A stretch of 64,000 nucleotides of DNA from an uncultured Bacteroidales bacterium. Lineage in GTDB: Bacteria; Bacteroidota; Bacteroidia; Bacteroidales; UBA7960. How positions within the stretch are numbered: the first letter of the stretch is position 1; each line of letters starts with the position of its first letter. The notes below the pieces were generated by a model. That model saw nothing but the letters and a program-made list of their open reading frames with translations, did not search any database and was not told the DNA's origin. This document shows, piece after piece, positions 56,790-64,000 of this stretch. The position numbers were made by a program, and so were the translations under genes. The stretch spans positions 22,561 through 86,560 of the forward strand of contig CAYGFY010000005.1 of the NCBI GenBank assembly GCA_964349365.1, in the 5' to 3' direction.

Positions 56790-58016
56790 TTAATTGAGCA
56801 GCTTTTCGTAAAAGCCCAACAGTCTTTTTGACCGTTTGCTAATCATTATAAGACCAGAGTTTATTATTATGCTGAAAAGAACGGCTGCAAAGGTGATGTT
56901 TTGTATTAAATCGCCCCCGGGGATTCCTATTTTAGCAGGAAGGGAGGCAAGAACAGCAGCGGCAAGCCCTTTTGGTACCATCATTGACATTATTACCCTA
57001 TCGGTAACGGGAGAGGTACTGCTTACTGCAATCCTAACAATGAAAATCCTTATGCCAAAGATTAAAACGGTAATTACCAGACCTACTAAAAGCGAGTAAG
57101 TGTCGGTAAGAATTATGTTAATGCCAAGGTAAACGAAGAAAAAGGTTTTGAGCAAGAATACAATTTCGGCAAAAAAAATTCTTTCGGTTTCATTTATTGC
57201 TTGCAATCTAACTTTGGCTTTTCTGAGTAGGGGCCTAACAGGAACTAAGTCGGTGTTTGCAAGGGCCACTCCAAACATAAGTGCTGCAATAATCCCGCTA
57301 AAACCCATCAATTCCGTGACGCCGTAAACCAAGAAAACAAAAGCGGGAGTTGTAAAGATTGAGTTTTGCAGGTTGCGCACCCAATTAAGCAATGCCGCCC
57401 AAGTGAGTCCTCCGACTATCCCTATCACCGACGAAACAAAAAAACCTGCAAAAACCTGCCAAATTAGATTGCTGGCCTTAAACTGACCCAATTTAAATGT
57501 TTCAATTAGTCCGAGCGCAACAACCACGCAAAGGACGTCGGTAACCGCCGACTCCAAAATTAGAATGGTTCTTGATTTTTCTTCCATTTGCAATACCTTA
57601 ACCATTGGAATAACAATTGCCGAGGCGGTACCACCCAGGAAAGCACCAAGCATAAACGCCCTGATGGGATCAAAATCAAAAATCACCAAAGAGCAAAGTC
57701 CGCATATTATCGACGTAACCAGAAATCCCACAAAAGTAAGGCTCAAGGTACCCTTCCAAGCCGACCGTAATACGCTAATCTTAAGGTATGAACCTCCCTC
57801 GAAAAGTATCACCACCAAGGTTATGCTCGCAAAAACACCACCAAGATCGCCAAAAAAACTCGTGTCAACAATTCCAAAAATGGGCCCAATCAAAAGCCCA
57901 ATAATAATTAGCAGCAAAACGTCGGGTATTAGCTTGGTGCGGAATAGCCCTGCAAACATATGGGCGGCAAACACCAATAATCCAAAAGATATTACAACTA
58001 TTACCGTAGTATTCAT
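56790..58016 (-). CDS. cation:proton antiporter (Na+/H+ exchanger family)
   Basis: About 12 predicted TM helices across 408 aa, with sodium/hydrogen-exchanger-family composition. I verified no specific motif. Confidence 0.7.
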   Translation of the reverse strand: MNTTVIVVISFGLLVFAAHMFAGLFRTKLIPDVLLLIIIGLLIGPIFGIVDTSFFGDLGGVFASITLVVILFEGGSYLKISVLRSAWKGTLSLTFVGFLVTSIICGLCSLVIFDFDPIRAFMLGAFLGGTASAIVIPMVKVLQMEEKSRTILILESAVTDVLCVVVALGLIETFKLGQFKASNLIWQVFAGFFVSSVIGIVGGLTWAALLNWVRNLQNSIFTTPAFVFLVYGVTELMGFSGIIAALMFGVALANTDLVPVRPLLRKAKVRLQAINETERIFFAEIVFLLKTFFFVYLGINIILTDTYSLLVGLVITVLIFGIRIFIVRIAVSSTSPVTDRVIMSMMVPKGLAAAVLASLPAKIGIPGGDLIQNITFAAVLFSIIINSGLIMISKRSKRLLGFYEKLLN

Positions 58017-58196
58017 GCTGCCTTTAGTTTGTTTGCAAAGTTAGGCTTTTTCCTCGATTTTTTATTAGCCTGAATGTTTTTTCCAATTTAGCCAACGCCG
58101 ATCTTTATACCAATATTTTAATTTATTTTCTACCTTCATGGTGTTTTTCGAAAAAAAAGTTTTAGGCAACCATTATTCAACAAACACTTTATTTTT

Positions 58197-58958
58197 ATGA
58201 AAAAACTCGTTTACATCGTGTCTGTTTTCGGGCTGATTCTGATAGCAACAGCTCTATTTAGATTAATTTTCATTTCCGTAACACCAGCTAACGCTTCAAA
58301 AATGACCGAGAAAGCTGAAATGAACCCGCCAAATTTTTCGGATCAAAAGCCCGGTGAGACAATTGCCTTGGTTTTACCCGACACCGAAGGTGGAATGCCT
58401 CTGGGCAAGGCCCTTAGTTTGAGGCGGTCGAATAGAAGGTACGAAGCCCAACCCCTAAGCATTAGGGAGCTTTCACAGTTGCTGTGGTCGGGGCAGGGAG
58501 TCACCAACCAAAGGGGCTTTCGCACCGCTCCCTCTGCCGGGGCCACATTCCCGCTCGACCTTTACGTTGTGGTAAACAATGTTAATGGACTTTCAAAGGG
58601 TCTTTATCAGTACCTGCACAACAGCCACGAACTAAAAATGATTAGCAACACGATTAATGTTGATATGCTTGCACGGGCTTGCCTTGGTCAAAGGATGATT
58701 AGCGAGGCAGGCGCGGTAATTGTTTTCTCTGCCGTTTTCGAAAGAACCACAACCAGGTACGGTGAAAGGGGCGAGCGCTACGTTCACAACGAAGTTGGGC
58801 ACGCCTCGCAAAACATACATCTTATGGCGGCCTCGCTAAATTTGGGCACGGTGGTGGTTGGAGCCTACCGCGACCAAGAGGTTGAAAGCCTCCTGAATTT
58901 GGGAGAAGGAGTCAGGGTTCTTTATCTTATGCCAGTTGGGAAAATCAAAAGTCAATAA
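58197..58958 (+). CDS. SagB/ThcOx-type nitroreductase-fold dehydrogenase with N-terminal membrane anchor
   Basis: RRSNRRY...LSQLLWSGQG...FRTAPSAGATFPLDLYVVV..V.GLSKGLYQY...HASQNIHLMA, the SagB-type dehydrogenase pattern. Confidence 0.75.
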   Translation: MKKLVYIVSVFGLILIATALFRLIFISVTPANASKMTEKAEMNPPNFSDQKPGETIALVLPDTEGGMPLGKALSLRRSNRRYEAQPLSIRELSQLLWSGQGVTNQRGFRTAPSAGATFPLDLYVVVNNVNGLSKGLYQYLHNSHELKMISNTINVDMLARACLGQRMISEAGAVIVFSAVFERTTTRYGERGERYVHNEVGHASQNIHLMAASLNLGTVVVGAYRDQEVESLLNLGEGVRVLYLMPVGKIKSQ

Positions 58959-60309
58959 TCACACCCGTGTTTATCGAGTACTTGAACGGCGATGCAGGAG
59001 CGAAACTCTCAGACTCTTCAAACATTGCCCTCATGTACTTCCTAAAAGTGGGCTCGATGAAAAAACGAAAAGAGTTGTTGATTTTGTAATCAAATTTAAC
59101 CGAGCCCGAGGAGAAGATACTCACCTTGCTAATTCCCCGGGTTTTTCCTATTGAAGAAGAAAAGGCGCTCTTGCCGAGAAAGACCTGGTTTTGTATCAGA
59201 TATCCAAAACCACCACCACCCTTGATGCTAAAGCTAGTGTTTCCGAGGCTCAAGAGTTTTAAGTCCAACATTACAGGAACATCAAGGAAGGTTAATTTCT
59301 GGCTTAGCCCGAGGTCATCCTTGCCCATACGCCTTAAATTGGTGTTGGCGAAAAAGTCGAAATTTGATTTTATTCTTTGCCCCCTGAGGTCGGTAAAGAT
59401 TAATGATTCGGTTGTAAAAGTAATGTGTCCAAACGATGTTACAAGCATTTGGGGATGACCAGCTCGAGTGCTTTGGTTTATTTCGAATGAAGGGAAATGC
59501 GGTTGATGAAGAACCGATGCAATATTTTCGATAAACTGGCCAAGAGAGCTATATTCAATCCCAATTTGAAAGCTTAACCCTTGAGCCACCTTAAAGCGAG
59601 CATAGGCTCCTGCGCTGTACGTTAGAAGGGGTTTCTCAAGATCGTTGAAAGGGGTGTTGGAAAGAAAGGAAATGTCAACCGACCTGAATGAAAACTGTGG
59701 GGAAAAATGGATGCCAACCGAGAAAGCGCTCATTGTTTCCGTTGGGGTTGGAAAATCTGCCAGCAAATCTTCAGCCATTGTTGGTTCGGGAGGGTTTTGT
59801 AAATTGAGCTTGCGAAGAGGTAGAATTGCTTTTTCCGAAACCAAAACACCCGAAGTCAAAAAATCCAATCGCGAGAAAGTTTTATCGCCAATAGTTTGGC
59901 GATAGTTACTCTTTTCTTCTATTGTTATCTGGCTTAATTCAATTGGATGGGTAGTTGCAGCGGGCTTGATGCCAGGATAGGTCATGTCAGTGCCGATGGT
60001 TGCATTAAAATCACCTTTTTCAAAGGTCAAAGTGGTGCTTTTCAGTTCTTTAGAATCTGTCATTAACACCGAGTCATCGGCTGTTGGAATGTTTTTGTCG
60101 TTAAAAGCCAGCCAAGCGGTAATTGAGGTTCCCAAGAGAATTGCAATACCTGCTGCAATACGAATCCACAATGGAATTAGTGGTTTTGGTTTTTGGGAGG
60201 CTGAAAGATGAGAGGCAATAGAACTCCAAACCCCCGGGTTTGGCGCCACTTCGAAATCAGAAAAGGCTTTCTTGACTTCTTTGTCAAACAAGTAATCTTT
60301 TATTCCCAT
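58945..60309 (-). CDS. putative anti-sigma factor: short cytoplasmic N-terminus, one TM, large beta-strand-rich C-terminal domain
   Basis: It lies immediately downstream of the ECF sigma gene (a 7-nt gap if ATG 60309 is used). TM segment LWIRIAAGIAILLGTSITAWLAF. The C-terminus ends ...NTGVIIDF. Its 3' end overlaps the SagB-like gene by 14 nt. Confidence 0.6.
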   Translation of the reverse strand: MGIKDYLFDKEVKKAFSDFEVAPNPGVWSSIASHLSASQKPKPLIPLWIRIAAGIAILLGTSITAWLAFNDKNIPTADDSVLMTDSKELKSTTLTFEKGDFNATIGTDMTYPGIKPAATTHPIELSQITIEEKSNYRQTIGDKTFSRLDFLTSGVLVSEKAILPLRKLNLQNPPEPTMAEDLLADFPTPTETMSAFSVGIHFSPQFSFRSVDISFLSNTPFNDLEKPLLTYSAGAYARFKVAQGLSFQIGIEYSSLGQFIENIASVLHQPHFPSFEINQSTRAGHPQMLVTSFGHITFTTESLIFTDLRGQRIKSNFDFFANTNLRRMGKDDLGLSQKLTFLDVPVMLDLKLLSLGNTSFSIKGGGGFGYLIQNQVFLGKSAFSSSIGKTRGISKVSIFSSGSVKFDYKINNSFRFFIEPTFRKYMRAMFEESESFAPASPFKYSINTGVIIDF

Positions 60310-60316
60310 GATTGTT

Positions 60317-60904
60317 CTAAATTGCTTTTCCCACAACCGAGGTTCTTTCTTTTAAAAATTTTTGCAACAACGACCTTGCCCGTGTAAGGTTTGACCTTGA
60401 CGATGACTCTGCGATATCCAGCATCTGGGCAATTTCCTTGTGGTCAAAACCTTCTATTGCCGCAAGGTTGAACACCAATCTGTATCTCTCCGGGAGCCGC
60501 TGAATCATCTTCAATAACTCAAATATCTCAACATTACCCGGACCAAGGTTTTCGTAATTGCTGCTTCCATTCTCGCCAAATTCATCAATAGGAAAGAAAT
60601 GGACTCGCTGGCGAATTTTCTCAACGGCAGTATTAACCATTATTCTAGTTATCCAGCCTTCAAAACTGCCCTGCCAGCGAAAGGAGTCGAGTTTTTCGAA
60701 AACCTTTATGAACCCTTCTTGCAAAAAATCATTGGCCTCATCCTCGTTCAAGGCATACCTCAGGCATATTCCGTACATTTTCTTGGAGAAAAGGGAATAA
60801 AGCCTGTATTGGTCAGACCTGTTGTTGTTGATACAACCCGCAATTATTTCCTTAAGTGAGTCCACGAAAAGTTTTCGATGAACCACAAAGTTAATAATTT
60901 TCAA
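60317..60904 (-). CDS. ECF-type sigma-70 family RNA polymerase sigma factor
   Basis: Region 2 (EDEANDFLQEGFIKVFEKLDSF) and region 4 (LPERYRLVFNLAAIEGFDHKEIAQMLDIAESSSRSNLTRAR). There is no N-terminal ATG. Candidate starts are TTG 60904 or downstream GTGs, so the start is uncertain. Confidence 0.8.
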   Translation of the reverse strand: MKIINFVVHRKLFVDSLKEIIAGCINNNRSDQYRLYSLFSKKMYGICLRYALNEDEANDFLQEGFIKVFEKLDSFRWQGSFEGWITRIMVNTAVEKIRQRVHFFPIDEFGENGSSNYENLGPGNVEIFELLKMIQRLPERYRLVFNLAAIEGFDHKEIAQMLDIAESSSRSNLTRARSLLQKFLKERTSVVGKAI

Positions 60905-61517
60905 AAGAAAAAGACCAAATTCAACTTTTTAGAAATTCTCAATGAAAAGCAAAAAATAAAGAATAAGTTAAGGGGTTAAAGGAGTATGGCCGACGCCTCC
61001 TAATAAGGCGGGAGATGGTTGTTGTTAGGTTAGTTGATTGGTTATTTGGTGTTGTTGTTTTGCAAACCTAAAACTGGCAAGCCCGAGTTTCGCGGCCATA
61101 ACCTGGCCCCTAAACTTAACGAAACCAAGTTGTTGGTATCATGTTAATCACAAGTTTGGTGTCGTATTTATTATCATTAAGCAAAGATCGCTGGCGCCGC
61201 AAGAATTGCCACAAATGTAAGATGTAAAAAACAGGCCAAACGCTGCGTCAGGTTTGCTTTTTTTTTTAAGTTGGAAAATTTTATTGGTTTGTTTTTCATT
61301 CATGAATTTTGGGGCTGTTGTAGAGGCAGAAGAAATCAAACTTGCATGAAAACACCAATACAGGAAAATACACAAAGGCTTGATTATAAATATGCCTTGG
61401 CATGCGATGTTATGTGTTTTTGTGTCTTGGCCTGTGTGCTGAAACGGTTTGTTGCCCCTTATAAGTCAATTTCACACGGCATCCTGCTGCTATAAACCGA
61501 CCTCTGTTCTTGGCCTC

Positions 61518-62708
61518 TTAGCCATTTTGGCTTCTAATAGCGGTATATGCCAATAGCCCCGAACCAATTTCAAGTGCATGTTCGTCAATATCGAAGGTTG
61601 GGGTATGGACCCCGGAGATAATTCCTTTTTCGGCATTTGCCACACCGAGCCTGTAGAGGCAAGCGGGTATAACGTGCGAGTAAAACGCGAAGTCTTCTGC
61701 AGTCATTGAGGTTTCAATGTCAACAACCTTTCCGGGGCCAAGGTAACTTTCGGCCCACTGCCTGAAATTGTTTGTTAGTTCGGCATTGTTTATCAAAAAC
61801 GGGAAGCCTCTTTCGATTCTTACCTCGCAGGTTCCGCCAAACCGTTTTGCCGTTTCTTGTGCAAGCTTTTTTATGGTTTCGTGGGCCAGGTTGCGCCAAT
61901 CTTCGTCAAAGGTTCTGAATGTACCATCAATTGTTACCTCGTTTGGTATTACGTTCATCCGTCCATCGCCAAAAATGCGCCCAAATGCCAATACCGTGGG
62001 TACATCGGGGTTTTGGTTGAGTTTTGGAATCTGCTGCAGTGCAACCAAAACGTGAGCAGAGATGGCCACTGGGTCAACAACCAGGTGTGGCATAGCGGCG
62101 TGGCCTCCCTTACCCTTCACGGTAATGTAAACTTCATCTGTAGATGCCATGTACTTTCCGGGCCGCACTCCAATTGAGCCAACCGGCAGTTGCGGAAAAA
62201 CATGCTGGCCAATTATACCTACTGGAATCGGGTTTTGAAGCACTCCCTCGTCAATCATGGTCTTTGCACCGCTGGGATAGCTTTCTTCCGATGGTTGGAA
62301 TATTAGCCTTATGGTTCCTTCAAAACTATGTTTCAGCCTATTGAGGATTTTGGCTGCGCCAAGCAGACAAGCCATGTGCACATCATGGCCGCAAGCGTGC
62401 ATAACACCATGATTTTTCGATTTGTAATCGCAGGTATTAGCTTCTTGAATGGGCAGGGCATCCATGTCGGCGCGAAGCGCAATGGTTTTGGAGGTTGGGT
62501 TGTTGCCTTCGATAAAAGCAACGATGCCGATTTTTGCAACTCCTCGCTTAAACCCTACTCCCTCCTCTTCCAGCTTGGCTGCTATGAAATCGGATGTTCC
62601 AAACTCCTGCCACGAGAGCTCAGGGTTTGCGTGTAGGTATCGCCTAATATCCCTAATCTCTTCAAAAATCTCTTGGGCAAGTTCTTTTATTCGCGACTGT
62701 AATTCCAT
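61518..62708 (-). CDS. M20-family amidohydrolase (N-acyl-L-amino acid amidohydrolase / hippurate hydrolase-like)
   Basis: MHACGHDVHM, QPSEE and GKGGHAAMPHL. Confidence 0.85.
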   Translation of the reverse strand: MELQSRIKELAQEIFEEIRDIRRYLHANPELSWQEFGTSDFIAAKLEEEGVGFKRGVAKIGIVAFIEGNNPTSKTIALRADMDALPIQEANTCDYKSKNHGVMHACGHDVHMACLLGAAKILNRLKHSFEGTIRLIFQPSEESYPSGAKTMIDEGVLQNPIPVGIIGQHVFPQLPVGSIGVRPGKYMASTDEVYITVKGKGGHAAMPHLVVDPVAISAHVLVALQQIPKLNQNPDVPTVLAFGRIFGDGRMNVIPNEVTIDGTFRTFDEDWRNLAHETIKKLAQETAKRFGGTCEVRIERGFPFLINNAELTNNFRQWAESYLGPGKVVDIETSMTAEDFAFYSHVIPACLYRLGVANAEKGIISGVHTPTFDIDEHALEIGSGLLAYTAIRSQNG

Positions 62709-62764
62709 CGAAAAAATTTGAATGTCAAAGTTAGTTTTTTTTATGGATGGTTAAAATGAAGACA

Positions 62765-62806
62765 TAAAAAACAAGCAGGGTGGGCGATAATCGCTCGCAC
62801 CCTGCT
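62765..62806 (-). terminator. rho-independent terminator after the small OMP gene
   Basis: Read on the minus strand: AGCAGGGTGcgaGCGAttaTCGCcCACCCTGCT followed by tGTTTTTT. Confidence 0.7.
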
Positions 62807-62826
62807 GATACAAATGATGAAAAAGT

Positions 62827-63348
62827 TTATAGGTTGTACTTGAGCTTTAAACCAAGGGTCAAACCACCACCAGTCGGGAAAATGGCTTCTAGTCCGAAAG
62901 AAGGTTCAAAAATCCAACGATCGGAAATGTTCCAATCTTTGCTTATTTTCGCAATTATCCCCATGCTTGCCCCACCAATTTGGGGGGTTGGTTTTTCACC
63001 TGCCACCTCGGTCATTGCAGCAACGGAAGCACCTGCCGAGAGATTGACAAAATTGGTTTTTAACTTGAAAATTACCGGTACGGAAGCATAACGATAGAGA
63101 GCTTTCTGGTTATCAGTTGTTAGAGATTTCAGAACAAAGCCCGTTTCGGAAAAAAAGAAGTCAAAAATCCTGATGTCGAGGCTAATACCCTTCGAACTAA
63201 TTGCCGAAACATCATTACCTCCACCACCAAATACACTCCAACCAGCCGAACATTTAGCACCCGCGTAAAAACGACTTTGAGCCGAGGCAGCCGAGTTAGC
63301 CCAAAACGACACGACAAAAACTAGAATTATAACTTTTGATTTTTTCAT
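62827..63348 (-). CDS. small outer-membrane beta-barrel (OmpW/porin-family-like) protein
   Basis: Signal peptide MKKSKVIILVFVVSFWANSAASAQ and alternating amphipathic beta-strands over 173 aa. Confidence 0.7.
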   Translation of the reverse strand: MKKSKVIILVFVVSFWANSAASAQSRFYAGAKCSAGWSVFGGGGNDVSAISSKGISLDIRIFDFFFSETGFVLKSLTTDNQKALYRYASVPVIFKLKTNFVNLSAGASVAAMTEVAGEKPTPQIGGASMGIIAKISKDWNISDRWIFEPSFGLEAIFPTGGGLTLGLKLKYNL

Positions 63349-64000
63349 GGATAAAATTTTTTAGTTTGGATTTTCGGAAATGAATGACAGAAATGCTAAA
63401 GAAAATTTGGCAGTTAGATTTAAACCTGATTTATTCATTTCTGTTGTAATTAGGGCTTCGTAAAATCCAACCCTTTCCTGGTGGGGTGCGGGCAAAGGCT
63501 GCCATAACTTCCTGCTGCCAGCCACCACGGTAGTAAGGGTGCCTTGCAATCTCACAATCATTCGAAGCCCTGATAGTTCTGCAAAAAACTTCTTGGTTTA
63601 CCCCCTTGTCAACGAGCACCGAAAATGGCAAGGGGTTTGTGTGTTCAAGTTGTTATTGCGTGGCTTCCATATATCTAAATCGGCAAATGATAACTCGCCA
63701 AGGCGAGTTATATAAGATTTTACCTGTGTATCCCGTGGGGTTTTTTGGTGAAAAACGTTGCGAGGAGGGGGTAATGGTACGATATTGAGCGCATTACAAA
63801 TCAAGGCATCGATAAAGAAGCTCAAATTGAAAACTCCAAACTTGTATGGATGCAATGGTTGCAGGGTTTTCTTCTATAATAAACTGCTGATTTGGCGACA
63901 TAATGGCAGAAAGAATTTTTTGCCATTATCAGTTGGACTTATATTTGGTTATTTTTTTGTACCGGATAAACCAACGGTTAGTTATGTAGCCAAATTTTGA

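Noticed and set aside
61380-61500. Possible SRP (4.5S) RNA: the minus strand reads GAGGTCGGTTTATAGCAGCAGG, vaguely like the GGUCCGGAAGGAAGCAGC helix-8 motif
   Set aside because: The GNRA tetraloop and the symmetric-loop partner sequence are missing, and I could not fold the flanks into a helix 8/5 structure. It is most likely a chance resemblance.

Overview
This is a chromosomal segment from a Bacteroidota-type bacterium, mostly housekeeping, with about 45 confident CDS and 2 tRNAs. Lineage evidence: two T9SS C-terminal sorting domains, the DUF6089-uppS-bamA arrangement, OmpH, a GldE-like gene, archaeal-type ProRS, a TTTG/TAnnTTTG-style promoter, and frequent TTG starts in the ORF track. I saw no transposase, integrase, reverse transcriptase, CRISPR array or recognisable defence gene. 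All calls rest on reading motifs in the supplied translations and the DNA; no searches were run. Four loci stand out. (1) An intact archaeal-type Glu-tRNA(Gln) amidotransferase pair, gatE-gatD (8.9-12.5 kb), sits in a bacterial context. (2) An [FeFe]-hydrogenase locus, hydC-hydB-hydA ... hydG ... hydF-hydE (45.6-54.0 kb), has several non-canonical features. The NuoE-like HydC has lost 3 of its 4 [2Fe-2S] Cys ligands. HydB is a minimal NuoF core. The HydA L1 motif reads TSCSPGW instead of TSCCPxW. An 860-nt non-coding spacer between hydA and hydG carries decayed ORF fragments and G9/T9 homopolymers. (3) A LytS-family PAS sensor kinase is split inside a PAS domain by a frameshift at a T5 run. 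(4) A lipoprotein has an extreme Trp/His-rich block and an Arg/Glu/Pro/Thr-rich tail built from 84-nt repeats. Several intergenic spacers also show an odd stuttering word-repeat structure.
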